DNA of 64,000 nucleotides from an uncultured Dehalococcoidia bacterium (GCA_964343075.1 CAYFGT010000002.1:89964-153963), one strand, 5' to 3'. Shown: positions 29,901-38,352, counted from the first letter of the stretch. Made by a program: numbers and translations. The notes: generated by a model from the sequence alone, not told the origin.

Positions 29901-30146
29901 CTGGACTGTTCTTATCCCTTCGATAGATTTGATTGCATCTTCCAGTGGCACTGTTATGTCACGGTCTATCGTTTCTGGATTGGAATCTGGGTAAAAAGTG
30001 ATTATCGTTATGTTGGGGAATTCAATGTCGGGAAATAATTCTTGCTCAAGAGTTAGGTAGGAATATATTCCTAGTGCAGCTACTAGTATTATTATTAATA
30101 GAGATACTGTTCTTTTTTCAAGTGCCAGTTTAGTTATAAATGTCAA
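26991..30146 (-). CDS. RND efflux permease (AcrB/SwrC-like)
   Basis: ELFPDIEFP, GRVVDDSIVVLENIYRH, GVVVTNALVL, RLRPILMT, VIGGL. Confidence 0.95.
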   Translation of the reverse strand: MTFITKLALEKRTVSLLIIILVAALGIYSYLTLEQELFPDIEFPNITIITFYPDSNPETIDRDITVPLEDAIKSIEGIRTVQSTSSESNSVILATFEFGEDMKEAERTIESSISSVKLPEFSTTPQVNRINNNQFPVMRLTISGNRDIPSLQNIVDEIIIPEIESVKGVFRVDVSGQTDERLEIRIDDQKLEDTGLTRSDITFAVQNSNVDTSAGSLTDQGLQYPIKTSNKLTSLQQLRDLIIGHEKHLDPSTQTRRLYTDRPVYLKDVADVLIDTDDATTISRTNGKPSLTLFILKKPDANTVDVTDGISEITQAIPNLPKDISILVLQNDGPEVEKSLAQLFGEGSIGFLFAISVVFVFLLNFRPSLLKGSQIAIRPTFIIACSIPLSVLTGVIFVNLYGISLNFMSLAGLAIAVGRVVDDSIVVLENIYRHIQMGESKYEAAMEATKEVGAAIVSSTLTTVAVFVPLTFIEGLVGQFFTPFAISVSFALLASTAVALTVVPVLSIFVLNPDKIRASGDLSPNSSTYAQAVYLPILRWAINHKFIVIASAIIISLSSLGLLRFIPATLFPPTESEYITLDLELPTSSSIGQTFQEVLKTEAILSQLEQEGIVKTYQVTIGASSNLQGIDAASAGYNLAGFFLTVDKTRQSETVDFLNANLKLNDSTEINIEGIGSGPPAEDLQVTLTGTNFTEINQAANTLVASIGNIEGVRNVTSDVKDSKPQIVIKPNLEEITIQQTSVSSIASQTNQMLVGRKISEIDINDTTLDVLIISDIQDTNNINTIKELNIETPVGQTKLGSLADIIIEDGPTSITRYDNERSISISGNITAKDTQGIGRQVDSIIESAELPPSVTVKTGGIFEQISEGFQDLYFAMFVGVILVYLVMVICLGSLRNPFIIILSLPLAIVGALVALTITDRSLSLSALMGFLLLIGVVVTNALVLLTFVEQLKDQGLNAYDAILEAGRIRLRPILMTAFTTTFALLPLALNSSAGDGGIIGAELATVVIGGLVSNTFLTLLVIPAIYLLFQNSGSGMLTRLKNVTTKVFSR

Positions 30147-30330
30147 TAGTGTTCCTGTTCACCAATTCGCTTTAAATTTTATCCCTATTTGAAAATCTGA
30201 ATATCATTATATCGTGCCAGTGATCCGTATTCCATCTTTCAAGACAGTATATATTCTACACTGTAAAGCCTTAATGTCAACTATATACATCTATTAGCTA
30301 TGCTAAAATTAATGTCTGGGATTTTACAAT

Positions 30331-30405
30331 GCCGGTGTAGCTCAGTGGTAGAGCGGCGGTTTCGTAAACCGTAGGTCAAGGGTTCAACTCCCTTCATCGG
30401 CTCCA
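30331..30405 (+). tRNA. tRNA-Thr(CGU), CCA encoded
   Basis: GCCGGTGTAGCTCAGTGGTAGAGCGGCGGTTTCGTAAACCGTAGGTCAAGGGTTCAACTCCCTTCATCGGCTCCA. Confidence 0.95.
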
Positions 30406-30468
30406 TATTTTAAGATGATGTGTTAAGGATCGATTATATTTATACATTTTAAATCTATTTTAATAACA

Positions 30469-31296
30469 TTGAGACCATGGCAATGGATAAAGAACGGATT
30501 AGTTCTTGTCCCACTAGTGTTTGGGCTTAGACTAGGATATATGTCAGATGTGTATCTCGCTTTAGGAGCTTTTCTGGTTTTTTGTTTGGTTTCAAGTGCG
30601 GTGTATTGCCTGAATGATGTTCTTGATCTGAGAACTGATTTATTAGACGAAGAAAATAAGAAAAGACCCTTGGCAGCAGGTATGATTGGAGTTACTCCCA
30701 CCATCCTAGTATCAATAGTGTTATTAATCGGAGGCTTGGCGATATCTTTATCGTTAGTATCTCCAATGCTGGCTGGAATCATAAGCGTTTATTATGTTCT
30801 TAATTTGGTTTATGCGATTTATTTGAAGCAAATTATCCCATGGGGTGCAATAGTAATTGCATTAGGATTTGTGTTGAGGGTTTATGCTGGAGCCAGTGTT
30901 ATCGCGATTGAATTGTCATCATGGTTGATACTGGTTACATTTTTTACAGCGTTATTTGTGAGCCTAATAAAACTAAAGCACAAATTTGCTAACAGTTCGA
31001 ATATAAATGACCAATCATACACAATTTATCTGGATGCTTCTGTAAATATTACTGCCGGTCTCGTGATAGTTATATATTGCTTGTGGGTTATATTGGGCCA
31101 AGAGATGTTGATAGATCAAAGGATGTTGGTTTCTATCCCGTTCGTGATAGGTGGTATATTGAGATTCATATTTTTGAATCGTGAGGCCAATATCAACCGA
31201 GATCCTACTATTCTGATATTTAAAGATAAACAATTGTTAGTTACTTTCGCATGCTGGATGATTTCGTGTATTCTTTGTTTGTATGTTCAATGGTAA
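30469..31296 (+). CDS. UbiA-family polyprenyl-phosphate 5-phosphoribosyltransferase (DPPR synthase-like)
   Basis: RPWQWIKN, SAVYCLNDVLD..D, KKRPLAAG, GFVLRVYAG, DPT...KD; adjacent to dprE1/dprE2-like genes. Confidence 0.85.
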   Translation: MRPWQWIKNGLVLVPLVFGLRLGYMSDVYLALGAFLVFCLVSSAVYCLNDVLDLRTDLLDEENKKRPLAAGMIGVTPTILVSIVLLIGGLAISLSLVSPMLAGIISVYYVLNLVYAIYLKQIIPWGAIVIALGFVLRVYAGASVIAIELSSWLILVTFFTALFVSLIKLKHKFANSSNINDQSYTIYLDASVNITAGLVIVIYCLWVILGQEMLIDQRMLVSIPFVIGGILRFIFLNREANINRDPTILIFKDKQLLVTFACWMISCILCLYVQW

Positions 31297-31302
31297 TGTA
31301 GA

Positions 31303-32607
31303 ATGAGAGACCACCGTTATCTTTCTTGGGGTAGATATCCGAAAAGTCAGCATATTGGCGTTATTAATGATTTGACAAAACTGACTGGGTTATGTGTGGT
31401 AGACGGTGAGTCTACGATAATACCTTACGGTAATGGTCGGTCTTATGGTGATGTGTGCCTCAACAATAATGGGATGTTGTTCGATACAGTGAAATTATCT
31501 ACGATCGAATTTGATAGAAATCAAGGCCTATTAAAATGCGGGGCGGGTGTTACAGTAAAAGAGGTTTTAGATCAAATTATCCCCTGGAATTGGATGCTCC
31601 CTGTAGTACCAGGAACTAAAGAAGTCACTATAGGTGGAGCTGTAGCTAATGATGTTCATGGTAAAAATCATCACGTTATGGGTTCTTTTGGTAACCATAT
31701 AAGATCAATGATGCTACATTCCACTTATGCGGGAATCGTGGAATGTAGCATGGATACGAATTCAGAACTGTTCCGAGCTACAATAGGTGGATTGGGCCTT
31801 ACTGGATTAATTTTGGAAGTAACTATCCAACTGGTAAAAATACCTTCACCGTGGATAAGTACACGCAATATTCCGTTCAATTCGGTATCAGAGTTTATTG
31901 ATATGAGTTTAGATTATGATAGACAGTACTCGTATTCTGTTGGTTGGCTTAACATATCGAAAAAGCTAGGTTCGGGCATATTACAAGTAGCTAACCATAT
32001 AGAATCGAATTCGAGATTGATATCTAAAACCAGGTTTAATCAGCTACGGTTACCTTATTTTGTCAGAGCTCCAGGTATGGTCAATCGGTTTAGTGTTAAA
32101 TTGATAAACTTCGTGTATTCAAAATTAAATTCTGATGAGTGTTCAGAGAAATATTTTGACGAGTTTTTATTTCCATTAGATAAATTTGGTTCATGGAATA
32201 GAGTATTTTTCCCCAGAGGTTTTATTCAGTATCAATGCGTTATTCCGTATAAGAATGCAGATATAGCTTGTCAACAAATACTAGAGATAGCATCAAAATC
32301 AGGAAGTTTGTCTTTTCTTAATGTGATTAAATCCTTTGGGTCTCAAAAATCAGTAGGAATGATGTCGTTTCCTATGGAAGGCATAACTTTGTCCCTGGAT
32401 TTTTTCAGGATAACGTCTAAATTATTTAAGCTCCTAGACGAAATGGATAGTATTGTGTTTGGGTCTGGAGGAAGGATCTATCCAGGTAAAGATTCTAGAA
32501 TGCATAGTAAGTATTTTGATTTGAATTTTCCTGATAAAGACGAATTTGAGCCACTGATAGATCCCAGATATTCTTCCAGTTACTGGAGGCGAGTAAGTAA
32601 TGCGTAA
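31303..32607 (+). CDS. DprE1-like FAD-binding oxidoreductase (polyprenylphosphoryl-ribose 2'-oxidase)
   Basis: GNGRSYGD, VVPGTKEVTIGGAVANDVHGKNHH..GSFGNHI, ATIGGLGLTG, GFIQYQ, TLSLDF, GRIYPGKD. Confidence 0.85.
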   Translation: MRDHRYLSWGRYPKSQHIGVINDLTKLTGLCVVDGESTIIPYGNGRSYGDVCLNNNGMLFDTVKLSTIEFDRNQGLLKCGAGVTVKEVLDQIIPWNWMLPVVPGTKEVTIGGAVANDVHGKNHHVMGSFGNHIRSMMLHSTYAGIVECSMDTNSELFRATIGGLGLTGLILEVTIQLVKIPSPWISTRNIPFNSVSEFIDMSLDYDRQYSYSVGWLNISKKLGSGILQVANHIESNSRLISKTRFNQLRLPYFVRAPGMVNRFSVKLINFVYSKLNSDECSEKYFDEFLFPLDKFGSWNRVFFPRGFIQYQCVIPYKNADIACQQILEIASKSGSLSFLNVIKSFGSQKSVGMMSFPMEGITLSLDFFRITSKLFKLLDEMDSIVFGSGGRIYPGKDSRMHSKYFDLNFPDKDEFEPLIDPRYSSSYWRRVSNA

Positions 32608-33343
32608 AAATATAGTGATTATTGGTGCAAACTCAGACATTGCCAGAGAATGTGCTTTGATCTGGGCACAGCAAAATCATGACTTAACATTGGCATCTAG
32701 GGATTTGTCAGAACTTAAAGAACAAGAGACTGTTTTGATTAAAGAAGGGTGCAATACTGTATCGTCTGTTGCATTGGATGTTACAGACAGGAACTCAATG
32801 GAGGAATTCTTGGATAAATGTTTCAGCCAAGATAAAACAATAGATTTAGTTTTAGTAGCCCATGGTGTTCTTTTAAAATCTGACTCCCAAGAAGCTAAAG
32901 AAGTACAAGCTTTAGAGGCATTTATCGATGTGAATGGTGTAAGTACTATATTAATCATTAGGCACTTACTCAACCGATTTGTTCACTTGAAACGAGGACA
33001 CATTGCAGTAATTTCATCTATAGCAGGAGACAGATCTCGTCCTAGTAATTTGGAATATGGATTATCAAAACAAATGGTTAGCTTTTATATGGATGGACTC
33101 CGAAGAGAAGCCAAAGAGTCAGGTATTAAACTTAGTCTTGTAAAGCCTGGGTTGATTAGGACTAAGATGACTGCACATCTTAAAGAAGGCATGCTATTTA
33201 CGTCATCAAAGGCGGCTGCCAGATCTATAGTCAATGGAATTGATTCTAATAAGTTTGAGTTTTATGTCCCGTCGTACTGGAGGATTATCTCTATTGTATT
33301 GAAGTTGGTTCCATATAAGATTCTGTCTCGATTAAATATCTGA
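32600..33343 (+). CDS. DprE2-like SDR reductase
   Basis: IIGANSDIA, ISSIAGDRSRPSN, YGLSK, VKPGLIRTKMT; overlaps dprE1-like gene by 8 nt. Confidence 0.8.
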   Translation: MRKNIVIIGANSDIARECALIWAQQNHDLTLASRDLSELKEQETVLIKEGCNTVSSVALDVTDRNSMEEFLDKCFSQDKTIDLVLVAHGVLLKSDSQEAKEVQALEAFIDVNGVSTILIIRHLLNRFVHLKRGHIAVISSIAGDRSRPSNLEYGLSKQMVSFYMDGLRREAKESGIKLSLVKPGLIRTKMTAHLKEGMLFTSSKAAARSIVNGIDSNKFEFYVPSYWRIISIVLKLVPYKILSRLNI

Positions 33344-33363
33344 CACAAGTTTTAATTTATACA

Positions 33364-33519
33364 CTATTTGGAAGAGAATAAATTCCAAGGCCAAGAAGAA
33401 TAGATCGTATCCCAGGGGAAAATATTGAAACTAAGTAGACCGATTACTCCTAACCCTATAAGGCCGAGTAGTAGAGTGACTAATAACATTCCCTGTTTTC
33501 CGAATGGTAGGTTACCCAT
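33364..33519 (-). CDS. 51-aa single-pass membrane microprotein (absent from ORF track)
   Basis: My translation: MGNLPFGKQGMLLVTLLLGLIGLGVIGLLSFNIFPWDTIYSSWPWNLFSSK*; AGGA 7 nt upstream of ATG; fills an otherwise empty gap. Confidence 0.6.
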   Translation of the reverse strand: MGNLPFGKQGMLLVTLLLGLIGLGVIGLLSFNIFPWDTIYSSWPWNLFSSK

Positions 33520-33606
33520 GCTCACGTTCCTAAATAATTATTGTTATGTTTTTATTGTAGCAGATTTAACCAAACGGGTGTTCTGCTACTAGTATTTTTT
33601 CTGATA

Positions 33607-34140
33607 TTATACAAATTTGTGTTGGTCTGGGTCTTGCAGGTTATTTTGCAAGAAAATTTGTCCATTTTCATAGTAATTCTCGGCTGTTCGCCTAATCATT
33701 TCATGGTGTTTACTGTCAGTTTGCTTGACGACTTTGGCTGGTGCACCCACTACAAATGAATCGTCTGGAATGACTACATTGCCTAGTACTACTGCTCCGG
33801 AGGCGATTATGGAATTTGAACCAATACTTGCCTCATTGTTAACAATAGCACCGTTGCCTAATAAAGTATTGCTACCAACATACTTGGCGTGGCACATTAC
33901 CAAATGGCCTAGTGTTGTGTTGTCACCGAAGATACAGTCTGAATCACTATGAATCACACTGCCGTCTTGGATGTTTACGTTTGCTCCTATGGTCACTTTG
34001 TGTTTGTTAGCACGAATGACGACTCCGTGCCATATGGAAGATCCTGGGCCGATCTCGACATCTCCTACTACGTATGCAGATTCACTTACAAATGCGGTTG
34101 GATGAATTTTGGGGGATTTGTCTCCTAATGCTCGTATCAC
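33607..34140 (-). CDS. Gamma-carbonic anhydrase family (YrdA-like) hexapeptide-repeat protein
   Basis: IHPTAFV...AYVVGDVEIG, NIQDGSVIH, GHLVMCH (three His). Confidence 0.9.
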   Translation of the reverse strand: MIRALGDKSPKIHPTAFVSESAYVVGDVEIGPGSSIWHGVVIRANKHKVTIGANVNIQDGSVIHSDSDCIFGDNTTLGHLVMCHAKYVGSNTLLGNGAIVNNEASIGSNSIIASGAVVLGNVVIPDDSFVVGAPAKVVKQTDSKHHEMIRRTAENYYENGQIFLQNNLQDPDQHKFV

Positions 34141-34298
34141 GGTAAACCTCTGATTATTTTGGATTGTTATAGATGATTATCACTCATTAAATATTTTTGT
34201 AAAGCTTTTTACTGATCACGGTTTGAATAAAGATGATTGTCAGAGATTAAAATCCTTATAATGGATAGAAATTATTCGCAGGATATATCAAAATTACA

Positions 34299-36671
34299 AT
34301 GGATTTCTTTTTTAAAATTAAAGTTAGATTTTGTTATCTGTTATTGATGTTATTGAGTGTTTCTTGTTTGATAGGAACGGAAGCAGGCGTAGAAAATGAG
34401 CAAGTTACTAGTGAACGTATTCCCGTAGCGACACATGTACAGGAATCATTACAGTCTCATATTTCTGACGGAAGCACGAATGTACTGGAATTATCACAGC
34501 CATATGTTTCTGAAGGCAACGTGAATATACAGGAATCATCACAGTCTCATATTTCTGACGGGAGCAAGAATGCATCGGAATCTTCGCAGTCATATATTCT
34601 GGACGAAAATGCTTCTAAAGGAGCTCTGAATTTTGTTATTGTTGATAACCACCCTGAACATGAATGCTTGAATTTGGAACTAAATAGATTTGTGGATGTG
34701 TTCGGTGTGTATGTTATATCCCACAGTTCAATTCCAGATGAATATATTTTGCATACATCTAAGATACTAGCTGAGTACATAGATAATGATATGGATGGTG
34801 TGCCAGATGATATGAATGTCCTCACCCAACTAATAGAACGAAATTATGTTATGCCTGTGTGGACAGAAACCTTAAGAGAAAAAACCTTTGAAAGTGTGCG
34901 CACCTATTGCGCAGGTGATATTGGATTTGCCGCTAGCATGTATTATCGAGGAGATAAATGGGCTTTGAATGGAATAATCTATGATGGAACTTGGGATGGT
35001 AATTTAGAAGAAGTATGGCATGTTGTTTCCTATGGTTGGTATCTAGCGTACCCTGAATATTTTGGGGATGGATATGATACGCAATCAGTATTGTCTTATT
35101 CAATGGATTTAGCGAGAGGGGGAAGATTTAAGGAAACACCTGACATATATCCAGATGATGCGTGGTATTCATATTACGACCCGACATGTGGATATGGATG
35201 TCAGATTCATGAATATTTTTATTGGGCTTTAATGGCCAATCTAAGTGCTTTAGATCCAGTCTATACGGATAAATGTGAATCTAGTGAGGATGAATGGAGA
35301 ATATGCACACAGAACGAACTCTTTGAAATTGATCGAAGCGTTTATAACTTGTTAAATGATGAACGCTTTAAGCTACCTAAAAACATACCTCAAGGTAATT
35401 ACCCATTAGAGGAATTGAAGTCTAGTAAGTCAATTGCTTATAGTGATGAGGTAGTAGATCATTCAATCAATTTTGAATGGATGACAGATGGTATTGTGAC
35501 GTATGAAGAAAACGCATTTGTTACTAATTTGAGCATATTAGAATACAAATTGGGTCCTGAGGCATACCACGATTTGATATCTAGCAATTGGATGTCTGAT
35601 TCAAAGGAAGATCGTGAATACATACTGCTGTATTACTTGCATGAGTTATGGGAAATTGGTCTGACAAGTTTAGTAAAACAAATTATTCAAATGCCATTCA
35701 TACAACAATCGTATGAACCACATGACGAATTAGCTTTAAGAACGTTATATAGACTTAACATTAATTTTCCAGAGATTTACACTGATATTATAAGCTCTAA
35801 TTGGTTCCAAGATGGTGTTGATGATGATGAAAGTATACTGCTTCAAGTGCTTGGAACTAACAGTGCACTTCTAAACTCACAAGACCTTCAGTACTTTGTG
35901 GATAATCATGAAATTTCTACTAGGAATGTAGATCTGCCGATAGGTGGTACAAGGAGTATTAGCTTTATTCAATCTGGATATTCAAAGAAAAATTTGGATG
36001 TGGTAGATCAGGTTCATGAAGCAGTGGTAGAAATGGAATCTTTCATGGATATTCCATTTCCTAAGAAAGAAATAATTATGCTTTTTGCTAATAAAGATCA
36101 GGTTCCGGACCGTATAAATTGGATAGGTATCAACTTTGGAGATCATATGGTGATGCTGCCTACACTGGCAAAAGGTAAAGACGAAAATACCACGGTTGTA
36201 CATGAAGTAGCTCACTATTATTGGCATTCTAATAATGCGCCACTTTGGTTCAGAGAAGGAATAGCGGACTTTTTGTCTACTTATGTGAGAGATAAATTAG
36301 GCAGAGAGACGTTTGCTGAAAGATTTGCTTTTTCTTCGGGAGCCACGAGTTTGGAGAAAGGTATCCAAGGATGCAATTCACTGGGAGTCAAGACGATTAA
36401 AAGATTAGTAGATTTATTGGAACAGGATGGATATGCAATTCATTCTGAGTCAAATATGTTTTTATGTAATTATTACTTGGGAGAATGGCTCTTGACGCAA
36501 ATTTATGAGATGATTGGTTCAGATAATTTTGCAGATGTGATCGGATCATTATATTCAATAGATACATTATTGAATGACAGCGCTATTTATGAAGCTTTTT
36601 TGGCTAAAACCACTGATACTAATAAGGAAGCGTTTAAAGAACTGTATGCTTCACTATACGGAGAATTTTAA
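34299..36671 (+). CDS. Secreted or lipid-anchored multidomain zincin-like metalloprotein
   Basis: Signal/lipobox LSVSC; 15-aa repeats; EEVWH...EYFYWAL module; three W..D(G)....E repeats; C-terminal HEVAH...WFREGIADF. Confidence 0.65.
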   Translation: MDFFFKIKVRFCYLLLMLLSVSCLIGTEAGVENEQVTSERIPVATHVQESLQSHISDGSTNVLELSQPYVSEGNVNIQESSQSHISDGSKNASESSQSYILDENASKGALNFVIVDNHPEHECLNLELNRFVDVFGVYVISHSSIPDEYILHTSKILAEYIDNDMDGVPDDMNVLTQLIERNYVMPVWTETLREKTFESVRTYCAGDIGFAASMYYRGDKWALNGIIYDGTWDGNLEEVWHVVSYGWYLAYPEYFGDGYDTQSVLSYSMDLARGGRFKETPDIYPDDAWYSYYDPTCGYGCQIHEYFYWALMANLSALDPVYTDKCESSEDEWRICTQNELFEIDRSVYNLLNDERFKLPKNIPQGNYPLEELKSSKSIAYSDEVVDHSINFEWMTDGIVTYEENAFVTNLSILEYKLGPEAYHDLISSNWMSDSKEDREYILLYYLHELWEIGLTSLVKQIIQMPFIQQSYEPHDELALRTLYRLNINFPEIYTDIISSNWFQDGVDDDESILLQVLGTNSALLNSQDLQYFVDNHEISTRNVDLPIGGTRSISFIQSGYSKKNLDVVDQVHEAVVEMESFMDIPFPKKEIIMLFANKDQVPDRINWIGINFGDHMVMLPTLAKGKDENTTVVHEVAHYYWHSNNAPLWFREGIADFLSTYVRDKLGRETFAERFAFSSGATSLEKGIQGCNSLGVKTIKRLVDLLEQDGYAIHSESNMFLCNYYLGEWLLTQIYEMIGSDNFADVIGSLYSIDTLLNDSAIYEAFLAKTTDTNKEAFKELYASLYGEF
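34437..34616 (+). repeat. Four imperfect 45-bp in-frame tandem repeats
   Basis: Units start at 34437, 34482, 34527, 34572: VQESLQSHISDGSTN / VLELSQPYVSEGNVN / IQESSQSHISDGSKN / ASESSQSYILDENAS. Confidence 0.85.
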
Positions 36672-37372
36672 AGATTAGATACTTTTTGTTCAAGGTCATC
36701 TAACAAAGCTTTTTCATTCTGACTCAAGTATGGTGTCATCCATTCAATAAACCATCTCGGGTTATCTGACTCATTGTCTAGTAACAATATTTTAACTAGG
36801 TTTAGCTGCTCTTTTTCACTCCAATGTTCACGTATTATGGGCAAAATAAAAGCCTCTTCATTTTCAAAATGATCATCTTGGGTAACTCTTGCATTGACTA
36901 CTTTTTCAAACAAGTGGCGTTTAGTTCTAGGTATCAGGGCCTGCTGACCAATTTCTTCGTCCAATACATCCATCACATCTTGTAGTTTATTAATCACTTC
37001 TACGTGAAGCGCGTCAGACAATGACAAAATAGCTTCTTTTACTCTGTATTCTAGGTCTTTGTTATCATTGAGATTGATGAGTCCTTCTACCCCTTCCAAT
37101 GCGGTATGGATATCAGCGTGTTCACTTTCGTTATCCCTAGCGTAGTCAATTTCCATATCGACAGTCATATGCGCATCTTCCATATCGGCATGGTACATCA
37201 TAGCTACTGCCCATTCGTTGAAAGATAAAGTGAAAGATTGCATACTGTGTTCTTCGCCAAAATCACCTATGTATTGTTCTACATCTGCTGCGTCTGCAGA
37301 GAAGGCTTTGTGGATAAGTAGCATTACGTCTATGGGATGTTCTATCTGTGATAATACGTCTTGTTCTTTCAT
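36668..37372 (-). CDS. Hemerythrin-domain protein
   Basis: IHKAF, YHADMED, EHADIH, DHFENEE..ILP; ATG 37372 preferred over track start 37435. Confidence 0.75.
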   Translation of the reverse strand: MKEQDVLSQIEHPIDVMLLIHKAFSADAADVEQYIGDFGEEHSMQSFTLSFNEWAVAMMYHADMEDAHMTVDMEIDYARDNESEHADIHTALEGVEGLINLNDNKDLEYRVKEAILSLSDALHVEVINKLQDVMDVLDEEIGQQALIPRTKRHLFEKVVNARVTQDDHFENEEAFILPIIREHWSEKEQLNLVKILLLDNESDNPRWFIEWMTPYLSQNEKALLDDLEQKVSNL

Positions 37373-37494
37373 ATATTCTTTAATTTCTAAATGTTTATTT
37401 TGATTTTTCCAGACTTTAATTTTAACACAAATCATATGGATACAAGGTCATTTTATGATACTATCGTGACAATCAGTAGTTAGGTGCCAGTAAT

Positions 37495-38352
37495 ATGGAA
37501 TTTGGTTTAATAATGTTCCCCACAAGTTACGCAATTCAGCCGGATGTTTTGGCGCAAGAAGCAGAATTACGTGGGTTCGATTCGATTTGGTTTCCGGAAC
37601 ATACTCATATACCAGCCTCTAGGGACAGTGCTTGGCCTGGAGGTCCAGACCTTCCGAAAGAGTATTGGAATACCTATGATCCTTTTGTGGCTTTGTCTTT
37701 TGCAGCCAGGGCGACAACCAAAATTAAACTAGGCACAGGAATTTGTTTGGTGATTGAAAGAGACCCTATAACTCTTGCCAAAGAAATTGCAAGTATTGAT
37801 CAATTGTCAAAAGGAAGGTTCGTGTTAGGAATTGGCGGCGGATGGAATGCAGAAGAGATGAATAATCACGGGACGAAATTTAAAACTCGTTTTGGGCGAT
37901 TGAGAGATACGATTCTTGCGATGAAAGAAATCTGGGCGAATGATGCCGCGGAGTATCACGGTGAGTTCATAGATTTTGATCCAATATGGTCGTTTCCAAA
38001 GCCTTATCAACATCCACACCCTCCTATATTGATGGGAGGAGATGGCCGCTCAACATTTGAAAGAGTAACCGAGTTTTGTGACGGCTGGATGCCTATTTGG
38101 GGTCGAACATCTAGCAGCGTTAACGGTGATAATTTGGAGGCTAAGATAGATAATTTGAGATATAAATGGTCTAGTACAGATCGGAAAGATTCGGATCTAG
38201 ATATTACGTTGTTTGGAGTCCCTCCGGATGGCAACGCGGTTGAAAAAGCAATAAGTATGGGGGCCACCCGAGTGATATTTGCGACTCCATGTGCCGATGA
38301 GTCCATTGTTTTACCTCACTTGGATAAATGTGCGAAACTCATTGTAGGTTAA
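37495..38352 (+). CDS. LLM-class putative F420-dependent oxidoreductase (Rv2161c-like)
   Basis: GFDSIWFPEHTHIP, YDPFVAL, RDPITLAKEIASID.LSKGRF.LGIGGGWN.EE, FPKP.Q.PHPPI. Confidence 0.9.
   Translation: MEFGLIMFPTSYAIQPDVLAQEAELRGFDSIWFPEHTHIPASRDSAWPGGPDLPKEYWNTYDPFVALSFAARATTKIKLGTGICLVIERDPITLAKEIASIDQLSKGRFVLGIGGGWNAEEMNNHGTKFKTRFGRLRDTILAMKEIWANDAAEYHGEFIDFDPIWSFPKPYQHPHPPILMGGDGRSTFERVTEFCDGWMPIWGRTSSSVNGDNLEAKIDNLRYKWSSTDRKDSDLDITLFGVPPDGNAVEKAISMGATRVIFATPCADESIVLPHLDKCAKLIVG

Noticed and set aside
30424-30471. Non-canonical ATT/ATA start for the ubiA-like gene behind TAAGGA
   Set aside because: The frame is open from 30427 and would add IFIHFKSILIT, but the TTG at 30469 is adequate and the sequence alone cannot decide.
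3778-33400. Integrative elements at the tRNA loci
   Set aside because: No integrase, transposase or phage gene, and I found no duplicated tRNA 3' end by eye; a self-alignment would be decisive.
34172-34184. GATGATTATCACT Fur/Zur-like site upstream of the gamma-CA gene
   Set aside because: Only the core matches, flanks do not, and such matches are expected in AT-rich spacers.
34437-34616. 45-bp repeats as a CRISPR array or MITE
   Set aside because: The units are contiguous with no spacers, in frame inside a CDS, and no cas genes are present.
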